Assembly: GCA_011390785.1 (NCBI GenBank)
Contig: JAABRR010000006.1
Location: forward strand, 95,493 to 159,492
Origin: Sphingobacteriia bacterium
GTDB taxonomy: Bacteria; Bacteroidota; Bacteroidia; Bacteroidales; UBA7960
Direction of reading: 5' to 3'
Length of the DNA stretch: 64,000 nucleotides
Shown: positions 8,268 to 17,798 of the stretch, one piece after another
How the letters are laid out: each line of letters opens with the position of its first letter
Numbering within the stretch: position 1 is the first letter of the stretch
Program-made: the position numbers and the translations under genes
The notes under the pieces: model-generated
The model's input: only the letters and a program-made list of their open reading frames with translations
Databases searched by the model: none
What the model was told of the DNA's origin: nothing

Positions 8268-11200
8268 TTATAAGTTTAGTTTAATACCGGTAATAAATGA
8301 TCGGGTTTGAGGTATTTTGCCATAATCTATCCCCATGTAAAAAGGATTATTAAGATGCATAAACTCAGGATCATATCCGGAATAGGATGTAAGGGTGAAA
8401 AGATTGGATCCTGTAACATACACTACCATTCCTTTGGTGAAAATTCCATGTCCGGGTTGGAACTCATATGACAAGGTAAGTTGACTGAGTCTTACAAATG
8501 AGCCATCTTCAATCCAACGATCAGAAAAAACAGCATTACCAGCCGGATCGCCATAAACAGCACGTGGCATCAGTTCTCCTGATGATTCACCGTTCCAGCG
8601 ATCTAAAACAGTAACAAGTTGATTGTTGTAAGAGCTCATAGATTCGCCCTGGTGACGTACATAATTGTAAACATCATTTCCAATCATGTAATTAAATACG
8701 GCTTTAAGCTCAAAATTTCGGAATTTGAAATCGGTAAAAGCATATCCGTAAAAATCGGGGTTGGGATCACCAATGATCATTTTATCAGCTTCATCAATTA
8801 CATTATCTCCATTGGTATCTACAAAGCGCATGTCCCCTTCCATAAGAGGCGCTCCGCCAGGTCCAATAACCTGTGCAGCATTTCCGGAAGTAGTCAACCC
8901 ATTGGTTTTGTAGCCGTAGAAAGCATTCACCGGATTATCTACCGATGTAATATACTGCGCATCACCAACAGAAGTTATGAGAGAATTTACATCAGGATTT
9001 AAAAACTCGAGGCCGGTGATAACGGTATTTTCATTGGTTAGGCTGGCTCCGAAAGTCCAGATCAACTCGCCAAAATGAATTCTTGAATTTAAACCCAGTT
9101 CTATACCACGGGCCTGTAGCTTACCACCATTATCGAAATAATCGGTATAACCTAATGATGATGGAAGTTGCTGGTATAAAATCAGGTTGTTTACATTAGA
9201 CTGGTAAACATCTAAACTAGCATTGAATAACTGGCGGAAAAGGGAAATATCCAAACCGGCACCCATGGTTTCCTGACGTTCCACTTCAAGGTTTTCATTA
9301 GGAATGCCCTGGCGAAGCAAAACACCCAGGTTGTTCATCCGCCTGCTGGTGTAATAAAGATTAGACTGGTCATATACACGGCTGAAAATATTACCGGTTT
9401 GCGCCCATGATACTCTCATTTTCAAATCTTCGAGCCAACTGGTATTGATGAGAAAACGCTCGGAAGAAATACGCCATGCACCACCAACTGACGGGTAGAA
9501 ATTGTATCGATTGTTGGCGTTAATGGCCGAATTACCATCGTAAGAAAGGTTTGCCGTTAGAATGAAGCGATTCTTGAAATCATAATAAGTGTTACCGTAG
9601 AATGATAACCATTTGAATCCAATATCTTCACCGGTTGTAGTTCTCAGATAACTGAACTGTGAACCCTGCCCCAGGCGCTGAAAATCATCAGATGGGGTAT
9701 TGAGGTCGATACTGGTATTGTTTTTATAACTGTTACCCATATAGCGGAAACCACCGGTAACAACAATTGTATGGCCTGTTAGCAGTGCCTTGTTCCAGGT
9801 AATATCAGAATGATTCTGGAAAGAACGGTGTTCATTAACGAAATCTCCGGGGCTGTTATAGGCCGAATCCACCTGCACAACACCCAGATCTGGCAGAAAC
9901 AAACTTTCACGCACATTATTGTAATTAAGACCAAAAAGTGACTGAATGACCAGGTTATCGGTAATGAAAAATTTCGTGTTCATCGAACTCAGGAACTGAT
10001 AGTTACGATTATTTCCCTGTGCATTTTCTACTAAGGCAGACGGATTACTTGTATTGTAAACCCCGATATCATCAAAATAAGGCAAATCGACACCCGATGT
10101 ATTATCCTTGGCCATAGGTGCCATGGTTTGAGGCTTTAGGAGTGCAGAAAGCAACGGATTTTTCCAGGCACTGGGCCCATGATTGGCCAGGGTGGCATTG
10201 GAAAGTGCAAGTTTTACGTTGGGTGTAATGGAAACACGCTGAGTAATATTTACGTTACCATTTACCCTTAAATTAAATCTATTGAAATTGGATTGGCTAT
10301 ACACACCATCATGATGAAGATAACCCGTTGAGATATTATAGGTAGCAATATCATCACCCCCTTTTATAAAAAAGTGGAAATTCGATATTGATGCCTGATT
10401 ATAGATCTCTGATTGCCAATCGGTATTGTTGTTATACCTGTAGTACTCATTAACAGACGCATTACCGTTTAGCCACGGAAAGGCATTATCGATATCTGTC
10501 TGGCTATAGCCCTGATTGGTTAGCAACTCAGAGAAATACTGGTTGTACTGTTCTGCATTCAATACATCAAGTTTTTGGGGAGCAAACGATAATCCCGAAT
10601 ATAAAGAAAGTTGTATAATTGTACTTGCTTCAGCCTGCTGTTCAGTATTTAAATACACTACACCATTGGAACCGGCAGAGCCAAGATAAGACAAATCACC
10701 TTTCAAAACAGAAATATCAGTAATATCCTGAGTTTCGATAACATCCATTGGGTTGTTGGCGAAACCTTCCATCATACTCAGGTTAGCATACGAATAATCG
10801 TGCATCATACCATCAATAAACATGAGGGGCTCGGTATCCGCAAAAATAGATTTAATGCCACGAATGGTCATGTAGGTTCTTTGTCCCGGCATACCGGATT
10901 GCCTTATTGCTTTGAGTCCGGGAATTCGGCCTATCAGGTTTTGATCAAACGAACTGTTTTGTGTAAAATTAAACTCCTGTGCGTCAACCGATGAAAAGGG
11001 TGAAACCGCATCTTTGATCTGCATTAATCCCATTGGGGTATAAAACAGATCGTCCATTGACCGGAATTCCGATTTTACCAGGAAAATTTCAACAAAGTCA
11101 TTTCCATTTAGGTAAATACTTCTCTTTGTGTAACCTGGTAAGTCGAAAACCAGTTCAGACCTGAGATCCGTTACCTGAACGGAAAATTGCCCTTCTTCAT

Positions 11201-11396
11201 CACTACCGGCAAGGTAGCCTGTATTGGAAACAGAAACAAAAACCTGATTGAGCGGATTTCCTGTTCCTGACTCTCTTACAATACCTGTAACCGTGATCTC
11301 TTCTGAAGATTGCGCAAAAAGGTTTTCGGCAGACAAAATGCTAAAAAGCATCATCAGAATGATCAGACTATTATATTTCAAATACTTATGTGCCAT
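8268..11396 (-). CDS. susC: SusC-type TonB-dependent outer-membrane transporter
   Basis: 1042-aa ORF with a signal peptide and a carboxypeptidase-regulatory-like N-domain (ITVTGIVRESGTGNPLNQVFVSV). A plug motif is present (ISVLKGDLSYLGSAGSNGVVYLNT), followed by a long beta-barrel body. It is paired with the downstream SusD gene. Confidence 0.9.
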   Translation of the reverse strand: MAHKYLKYNSLIILMMLFSILSAENLFAQSSEEITVTGIVRESGTGNPLNQVFVSVSNTGYLAGSDEEGQFSVQVTDLRSELVFDLPGYTKRSIYLNGNDFVEIFLVKSEFRSMDDLFYTPMGLMQIKDAVSPFSSVDAQEFNFTQNSSFDQNLIGRIPGLKAIRQSGMPGQRTYMTIRGIKSIFADTEPLMFIDGMMHDYSYANLSMMEGFANNPMDVIETQDITDISVLKGDLSYLGSAGSNGVVYLNTEQQAEASTIIQLSLYSGLSFAPQKLDVLNAEQYNQYFSELLTNQGYSQTDIDNAFPWLNGNASVNEYYRYNNNTDWQSEIYNQASISNFHFFIKGGDDIATYNISTGYLHHDGVYSQSNFNRFNLRVNGNVNITQRVSITPNVKLALSNATLANHGPSAWKNPLLSALLKPQTMAPMAKDNTSGVDLPYFDDIGVYNTSNPSALVENAQGNNRNYQFLSSMNTKFFITDNLVIQSLFGLNYNNVRESLFLPDLGVVQVDSAYNSPGDFVNEHRSFQNHSDITWNKALLTGHTIVVTGGFRYMGNSYKNNTSIDLNTPSDDFQRLGQGSQFSYLRTTTGEDIGFKWLSFYGNTYYDFKNRFILTANLSYDGNSAINANNRYNFYPSVGGAWRISSERFLINTSWLEDLKMRVSWAQTGNIFSRVYDQSNLYYTSRRMNNLGVLLRQGIPNENLEVERQETMGAGLDISLFRQLFNASLDVYQSNVNNLILYQQLPSSLGYTDYFDNGGKLQARGIELGLNSRIHFGELIWTFGASLTNENTVITGLEFLNPDVNSLITSVGDAQYITSVDNPVNAFYGYKTNGLTTSGNAAQVIGPGGAPLMEGDMRFVDTNGDNVIDEADKMIIGDPNPDFYGYAFTDFKFRNFELKAVFNYMIGNDVYNYVRHQGESMSSYNNQLVTVLDRWNGESSGELMPRAVYGDPAGNAVFSDRWIEDGSFVRLSQLTLSYEFQPGHGIFTKGMVVYVTGSNLFTLTSYSGYDPEFMHLNNPFYMGIDYGKIPQTRSFITGIKLNL

Positions 11397-11431
11397 TTAT
11401 CGACAATTTATCGTTATGGATTTATGTATAT

Positions 11432-12928
11432 TTAGTTGATTGGGGTAAAAATGAGTGTATCCCAAAATATCAGGCCAGGTGTTTTGGCAACCACTTTAAT
11501 GGTATGCCTGGAAGTAGTTTCCCAGTCAAACTCACCCCAGCTGGTAGATTCGGCAGGATCAGACCGAAGAATATTGGCAGTATTAACGCCATCCACATAT
11601 ACGGCATAGTCGAGCTGACCGCCCCACAGGTTACTGGTGATCTGATATTTACCCTTCATGATCTTGGGTGTTTTAACTTCGATCCAACCCCAACCGCTCA
11701 TACTAAGACAATCATGATTCATGAGCTTACCCGTATTGTGATCTTTGAAATAATAGAGAAGATAATCTCCTTCCCATTTGACATCCTGGAAAGTATTCAG
11801 GCCATCGTGCCATCTAACATAATGGCTACCATAATAATCACCCTGCTTAAGATCAAAATGATCGGTAGTTTCCCATACTATTACGGTGGGAGCCGGGGTG
11901 TAAACCGGCAGAGTGGTATTAACTGTATGCACTGCCCCGTTTTTCGCCGGATAATTGGATGCTTCCATTATAAACCCAGTGTATTCGTCAGTAACCCGGT
12001 CAAGATTGATTTTATAATCTTCCGTATCAATATTCATAGAAATATTGTTGTCGAACGAAAGAATAGGATAAAGGGTATTATTCTCAAAATTATTGAGGTA
12101 ATAAGTATTTACGAGGCAATGATATTCCATGTACCTGTAAAATCCATTATTAAAATCGGTGATTTGGCCGGGTTCATCAGTATATTCAGCCACCAGGTCA
12201 TTGAAAGAATTGATACCATAACGATTATATGTAGTATCTGCCACGGCAAGTATTGTAAAACGGGTACGAGCCATTTTTGATCCGAAAGGAAATTCTACCA
12301 GGTTAAGGGTGTCTTTGATACCGGTAGCTTCAAGCCCCTGGGCAAAAATTGAGTACCCGGGCAATCCCTCCAGTATTTCGAATACCGTTTCATCAACGGG
12401 TTCAATCACCTTATCAATAATGTGAACAACCCCGTTGGATGCCCTGATATTACGGTCGATGATTTTACTTTTCTTGTTGAGAATAATATCAGCACCAGAA
12501 AATTCAGTAACGATAAAATCGCCGATCCCATTTACATCGCGTAAAGCACCCAACCCAATATCGCCGGTTTCCAATGGAATATTTACCAGGTGGTTGAGTA
12601 CAAGCGATTGGTTATATTCGGGCGAAAACTGGGTGAATGAACTAACACCCTTTTCAGCATAAAAATCAGTAAATGCATCATTGTTGGGCAGAAACAAAGT
12701 GTATGGGCCGCGCACTGAAAACAATCCGCTAAGCTCGGTTGCCTCAAGTAATGCAGCAAATTCTGAATACTCTTCATGTGAATTGACATAATCTGTCAAA
12801 ACCTGAAACTCTGATTGCGGATCCCATAATTCAGGATCGGACGAACAGTTATTAAATACTATGGTAGCCATAAGCAGCAGCCAGAATGTTCTGAAACGTG
12901 GTTTTATATTTCCTTTCATATTGATCAT
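11432..12928 (-). CDS. Fasciclin (FAS1) domain surface lipoprotein with beta-rich C-terminal region
   Basis: 498-aa ORF with a lipobox (IVFNNCSSD) and FAS1 H1/H2 motifs YTLFLPNNDAFTDF and NGVVHIIDKVIEP. About 300 aa of untyped beta-rich sequence follow. It sits directly upstream of SusC in the operon. Confidence 0.8.
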   Translation of the reverse strand: MINMKGNIKPRFRTFWLLLMATIVFNNCSSDPELWDPQSEFQVLTDYVNSHEEYSEFAALLEATELSGLFSVRGPYTLFLPNNDAFTDFYAEKGVSSFTQFSPEYNQSLVLNHLVNIPLETGDIGLGALRDVNGIGDFIVTEFSGADIILNKKSKIIDRNIRASNGVVHIIDKVIEPVDETVFEILEGLPGYSIFAQGLEATGIKDTLNLVEFPFGSKMARTRFTILAVADTTYNRYGINSFNDLVAEYTDEPGQITDFNNGFYRYMEYHCLVNTYYLNNFENNTLYPILSFDNNISMNIDTEDYKINLDRVTDEYTGFIMEASNYPAKNGAVHTVNTTLPVYTPAPTVIVWETTDHFDLKQGDYYGSHYVRWHDGLNTFQDVKWEGDYLLYYFKDHNTGKLMNHDCLSMSGWGWIEVKTPKIMKGKYQITSNLWGGQLDYAVYVDGVNTANILRSDPAESTSWGEFDWETTSRHTIKVVAKTPGLIFWDTLIFTPIN

Positions 12929-13042
12929 GTTTTATTTTGTTGTTGCCAGTTAGATCTATTTAAATAGGTGGTTTGTCAGCCTGATTTCATTTTACCTTAT
13001 TTTATATTGAAAGCATAAGGCTCCATGATGCAAGGATGCAAA

Positions 13043-14494
13043 TTAATCATAATATGGGTTTTGTTCAAGGTTCTGGTTAAAGTTGATTTCATTCTGATGG
13101 ATAGGCAGGTAATAGGCCAAAGTATCGAAGACTTTGGTCCTTAAGATAGCCTGAAGCCGAACATCTGCGCCCGATAGAATCATATCAATAATGATCTGCC
13201 GGTTTGAAAATCTGTCTCTTTTTGCGGCTCTGAGTATATCAAACCATCTTTTCCCTTCCAGGATAAACTCTCTTGCTCTCTCTTCAAGCAAAGCATCCTG
13301 TAACGATTCTTTATCATTGAGGAAAACATATGGGGTTCCGGCTCTGAGTGCTATTTCGCCCAGTAAGGTGTTTGCTACATCAAACATACCCAGTTCAATA
13401 GCCGCCTCGGCCTTGATTAGTAAGATTTCGGCATACCGGTAAACAATCCAGTTGGCATCTTCTTCTGTTGCTGTACGGCCAATTTGCCCCAAACCATCCT
13501 TTCCCTGATATTTCCAGAGCGCCTGTTTACCAAAAAACCTTCTGAGGTCTTCCTGGGTAAACAACATGTTGATAATTGGGCCATTCAGTGATACCTGGGT
13601 AGGCCCATAGGTTGTGATCAGGTTATTGTAAATAGGATTGGATTGGTTGTCGAGGTTACTGTTATACTGAAATTCAAAAATACCTTCGCGGGCTGAGTTG
13701 CCAGGATAATAAACATCGAACATATTGGAAGATTCTTCCAGCTCAAACATTCCGGTTTGAATTATGGAATCAGCATAATTCATGGCTAAATTATATTGCT
13801 CATCCCATAAATACACATCGGCCAGCAGAGCCATAATGGCATATTTATTGGCACGGCCATGAAATTCAGGTGTACCCAGGAATTGTGTAGTATAGGCAAG
13901 GTCTTTGGCCACAAGTAGATCGTTAATGATCTGCTGAATTACGGTCTTTTCTGAACTCTTTGGTAAATAAATGTTAGTAGTATCGGAAATGGAAGGTTCC
14001 AGCACCAAAGGAACATCCTTCCATAATCTTACCAGGTAAAAATAGGCCAGCGATCTGAGAAAAAGAGCCTCTGCATCAACACCATTGAGCATTTCCTGGG
14101 TAAAGGTGGGGTCCTTTTCAAACACTTCCTTATTGTAAAACATGAGTGTGTTGGCAAGATTGATAGCTGTATAATACTGGCTCCAGTTAGTGGCGCCATT
14201 TGTTGGAGTAATATTACTTTCGGCAATTAGAACATAATCGGAAAAGTTGGTTGCCGAAAAACGAAGAAGATCGGCACGGCATTCGCCAAGAATTATTGAG
14301 TTAAGGCTGGTTCCCCGCATGGCATCATAGGTGGCAGCCAATCCGCCATACACATCAGAAGTTTTCTGCCAGAAACGGTCCTGCACCAATTCGCCCTGTG
14401 GCTCAACATCGAGCCATTCATTGCAGGATGGAAGTACGAGCAAAAAAACAGAAGCGATAAATAAGGTTTTCAGGGATATTATAAATTTTTTCAT
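13043..14494 (-). CDS. susD: SusD/RagB-family outer-membrane lipoprotein (second pair)
   Basis: The ORF opens at 14524, which overlaps the SusC stop. MKKFIISLKTLFIASVFLLVLPSCNEW (ATG at 14494) gives a canonical lipoprotein signal. The RagB/SusD signature LEERAREFILEGKRWFDILR is present. Confidence 0.85.
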   Translation of the reverse strand: MKKFIISLKTLFIASVFLLVLPSCNEWLDVEPQGELVQDRFWQKTSDVYGGLAATYDAMRGTSLNSIILGECRADLLRFSATNFSDYVLIAESNITPTNGATNWSQYYTAINLANTLMFYNKEVFEKDPTFTQEMLNGVDAEALFLRSLAYFYLVRLWKDVPLVLEPSISDTTNIYLPKSSEKTVIQQIINDLLVAKDLAYTTQFLGTPEFHGRANKYAIMALLADVYLWDEQYNLAMNYADSIIQTGMFELEESSNMFDVYYPGNSAREGIFEFQYNSNLDNQSNPIYNNLITTYGPTQVSLNGPIINMLFTQEDLRRFFGKQALWKYQGKDGLGQIGRTATEEDANWIVYRYAEILLIKAEAAIELGMFDVANTLLGEIALRAGTPYVFLNDKESLQDALLEERAREFILEGKRWFDILRAAKRDRFSNRQIIIDMILSGADVRLQAILRTKVFDTLAYYLPIHQNEINFNQNLEQNPYYD

Positions 14495-14513
14495 GATCAG
14501 TATATTTTTTCTA

Positions 14514-17500
14514 TTAGAAACCAAAATTAATTCCGAACATCAACCTTCTGGCGGGCGGAGTACGACTGAAGTCTCTCGGCAGCACATCGGGCCTTGAAGG
14601 GGGAGCCACATCAGGATCCTGCCCTGAATAGTTAGTCCAGGTTATAAGATTATAGGCAGTGGTAAATACTCGTAAATCTCTGATTTTCATATTATCTGTA
14701 ATCCTTTTGGGGAAGGCGTAGCTAAGCGAAATTGTTCTGAGACGAAGGTGTGATCCATCTTCGACAAAACGATTGGAGCCCAACCAGTTAAAACCACGAT
14801 TGTACAATGCACGTGGCATATCAGTTATATCGCCCTCACGGCGCCATCGCCAGTTGGTAGCCATACTCTGGTTGTCGAAATTGTACATCTTTTCGGTATC
14901 CATACGGGTTTGGTTAATGATGTTCTGCCCAATTTTAAAAGAGAAGAATGTATTTAATACAACACCCTTGTATTCAATTCTTCCACCAAAACCGCCCATG
15001 TATTGCGGATTGAGGTCACCAAGATAAACCAGGTCGAGTTCATCGATCTTACCATCATTGTTCTGATCTTTATACATGGCATCGCCTCCTTCGAATATGT
15101 ATCCGGATGTACCTCCCATGATCATGCTCATGGGTGTATCTGAATTAAATCCATATACGGGGAATCCATTGGCATCAAGAACAATGGCATCAGCATCAGA
15201 CGGATAAACCCCCAGGTATTCGTAACCAAAGAATCCACCTATGGGCTGTCCGGGAACAATACTGATACGGTAGTTTCCATTTTCAAGCATATTACCATAT
15301 TCCAGGCTGTAGTTCTCGGGCAATCTGATCACCTTGTTCTGGTTGGTAGAAATGTTTCCATTAAATGCCAGAACAAAATCATTTGTTCTTACAACGGTAT
15401 AGTCGAGAAGGAATTCCCAACCGCTGTTTTCCATAACACCATCATTGAGTGTAAGGCTTGAAAAACCAGAGTGGCCGGGAATACCAGAATTTTCAAGTAA
15501 CAGGTCAAAGGTGGTTTTTCTGTAGAAATCCACATCAAAACTCAATTTGTTGCTCAGTGCCAGCAATGTAATACCATAGTTGATCTGCTCAATGGTTTCC
15601 CATTTGAGGCTGGTAAGTTCGAGGCCGGTAGGTCTTACACCCTGTAAGTCCATATATGAGATTTCGGAACCAGCTGTGTAGGTATTAAAATAAAGGTAGT
15701 TCTGGTTGGGAGTATTACCTGTTTGACCCCAACTAAAGCGTAACCTTAAATCATCAAGAAAACTGGCATTACTCAGGAAGGCTTCTTCAGAAATCCGCCA
15801 GAATGCAGACACTGTTGGGAAAAGCCCCCACCGACTTTCACTGCTGAACTTGGAGTTTCCTTCGTATTTTGCGCCCACCATAATGCTGTATTTATCCTTG
15901 TACTTATAATTTGCAGTAGCAAAAATACCGGCTGAACGGAACTCGGAGTTATTGGCCCCAAAATAAACGATTGATTTATCATTGATGGGTTCGGTAAGAA
16001 AAGGAGATGCCGAACGGCTCGATTCAGATTTGTACCAGCGCGAATTGGTTGATTCTGTATCGATCTGTGTCATCATGGCCAGATCGTGGTCTTCACCAAG
16101 TTCCGGACGGTAAATCAATTGGTTAAAGGTAAAAATAGAGTTCTTTTTAGAAAACTCATTGATGGCACGGTTGGTAATATCGCTGCTGTATTCGTATCCA
16201 AGCGCTTTATAGGGTAGAAATTTTGATATTTTATTATCAAAAATATCCATGGTAACGGTTGAGTTGAGAATAATATTATCGGTAATACTATAGATTACCG
16301 AAAACAATGCTCTTGAGTTATCGCGAACACGATTCTGGCTGCCCAGGTTGGCAAATGCTACCGGGTTATAAGAATCTCTGGAATTTCCCTGCAAGGTTTG
16401 AATAGGCGTAAAATAGTTACCATAATGCTGATTCAATGTATCACGATCGAAGACAGATAGATTAGGCATTTTTCGATAGGCTACAGAGCGTAAGGATTTC
16501 CAGTTTCCAAACTCTCCATCTTCATAATCATAGGTATTGTTTTGGTCGTAGCGTGTAAACATGATATCAGAACGAAACTGCAGTTTTGATGATAACGTGT
16601 AATCGATAGAGCTACGCAAATTAATTTTCTGCAAATTGTTATTAACCGTTGTACCCCCTTCATCAACAAAACCCAATGCAACATTGTATCTTGATTTTTC
16701 ACCACCACCACGTACAGAGAAGTTGTGATCCTGTGAAAAAGCGGTTTGTGTTATCTCTCTGAGCCAGTCTGTATCCTGTGCATAATTATAGTAATCTTCC
16801 CATTCAGGGTCAAAAGAGATCTCAATGGCATTTGGGTTGGAGGTAAAGAACTCATTGCGGCTAACATTATAAAATGCTTCCGAAATAAGTCTGGCATATC
16901 CTGCACCATCCAGCATAGGAATCGGCGGGGGTTCTGTAGATACTGAAGTACGGACGTTATATTCAAAAAGTGGTTTTGACTGAATACCCCTTTTTGTTTT
17001 GATCATGATAACCCCGTTGGAAGCTCTCGCTCCCCAAATGGCAGTAGATGCGGCATCTTTCAGTACTTCAATGGATTCAATGTCTTCGGGTGAAACGTCG
17101 ATCAAACTACCAAATCTTTCAATATCTGCACTGGCAAAATCGAAATTGTCATCAATCTGAGCATCGTAAGGTATTCCGTTGATTACGATAAGTGGTTGGT
17201 TTCTGGCATTAAGTGATGCTGTACCACGAATACGGATATTCAACCCAGAACCGGGGTCACCGGAGAAAGATGAGATATCCACATTACCAAGGCGGCCCTG
17301 CAACATATCCTCAACAGAAGAGGTCATGAGTGATTTCATTTCGCCCATTTCGATACGTTGCACGGCAGTACCGCGGTCACGAACACTTTGAAAACCGTCA
17401 TTACCAATTCGTTCAGCGGTAATAACAACTTCATCGTACAAAATTGACTCTGATTGAAGTTCTATATCGATCCGGCCTCTGTCGCCTACTTTAAAAACTT

Positions 17501-17765
17501 CTTTCCGGTAACTGATGTATGAGACATGGATCTCATTGTTCACATCATCCACCTGTAGAACATAGTTACCATTCACATCTGTGGTGGCACCGTTAATATA
17601 ACGTCCGTTTCGATCCACTTCAACGATGTTAACACCGATAAGTGATTCTTTTGTCTCTGCGTCTGTTATAGTACCCTGAATTACGGCAGATTGACCGAAG
17701 GCAGTCTGGACAAGGAAACCAAGAGATATAATAATGGAAACTGAGAACAGTATTGCTTTTCTCAT
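14514..17765 (-). CDS. susC: SusC-type TonB-dependent outer-membrane transporter (second pair)
   Basis: 1083-aa ORF with a signal peptide and a CarbopepD_reg-like N-domain (VIQGTITDAETKESLIGVNIVEV). The plug motif is IESIEVLKDAASTAIWGARASNGVIMIKTKRG, and the C-terminus is ...RRLMFGINFGF. Confidence 0.9.
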   Translation of the reverse strand: MRKAILFSVSIIISLGFLVQTAFGQSAVIQGTITDAETKESLIGVNIVEVDRNGRYINGATTDVNGNYVLQVDDVNNEIHVSYISYRKEVFKVGDRGRIDIELQSESILYDEVVITAERIGNDGFQSVRDRGTAVQRIEMGEMKSLMTSSVEDMLQGRLGNVDISSFSGDPGSGLNIRIRGTASLNARNQPLIVINGIPYDAQIDDNFDFASADIERFGSLIDVSPEDIESIEVLKDAASTAIWGARASNGVIMIKTKRGIQSKPLFEYNVRTSVSTEPPPIPMLDGAGYARLISEAFYNVSRNEFFTSNPNAIEISFDPEWEDYYNYAQDTDWLREITQTAFSQDHNFSVRGGGEKSRYNVALGFVDEGGTTVNNNLQKINLRSSIDYTLSSKLQFRSDIMFTRYDQNNTYDYEDGEFGNWKSLRSVAYRKMPNLSVFDRDTLNQHYGNYFTPIQTLQGNSRDSYNPVAFANLGSQNRVRDNSRALFSVIYSITDNIILNSTVTMDIFDNKISKFLPYKALGYEYSSDITNRAINEFSKKNSIFTFNQLIYRPELGEDHDLAMMTQIDTESTNSRWYKSESSRSASPFLTEPINDKSIVYFGANNSEFRSAGIFATANYKYKDKYSIMVGAKYEGNSKFSSESRWGLFPTVSAFWRISEEAFLSNASFLDDLRLRFSWGQTGNTPNQNYLYFNTYTAGSEISYMDLQGVRPTGLELTSLKWETIEQINYGITLLALSNKLSFDVDFYRKTTFDLLLENSGIPGHSGFSSLTLNDGVMENSGWEFLLDYTVVRTNDFVLAFNGNISTNQNKVIRLPENYSLEYGNMLENGNYRISIVPGQPIGGFFGYEYLGVYPSDADAIVLDANGFPVYGFNSDTPMSMIMGGTSGYIFEGGDAMYKDQNNDGKIDELDLVYLGDLNPQYMGGFGGRIEYKGVVLNTFFSFKIGQNIINQTRMDTEKMYNFDNQSMATNWRWRREGDITDMPRALYNRGFNWLGSNRFVEDGSHLRLRTISLSYAFPKRITDNMKIRDLRVFTTAYNLITWTNYSGQDPDVAPPSRPDVLPRDFSRTPPARRLMFGINFGF

Positions 17766-17798
17766 TGCTGATGTTTTGTTTGGTTAGTTACAATGCTT

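Noticed and set aside
11390-12280. 296-aa plus-strand ORF, the longest unexplained ORF in the track
   Set aside because: It is entirely antisense to the FAS1 lipoprotein gene (11432-12928), whose frame carries clear lipobox and fasciclin motifs. The plus-strand product is low-complexity (Ile/Phe-rich) with no signal or motif. It is an antisense shadow ORF.
14494-14524. Apparent 11-nt overlap between the SusC stop (14514) and the SusD ORF start (14524), suggesting overlapping genes
   Set aside because: The downstream ATG at 14494 (MKKFIISLK...LPSCNEW) yields a canonical lipoprotein signal peptide. The extra 10 N-terminal codons are most likely untranslated.
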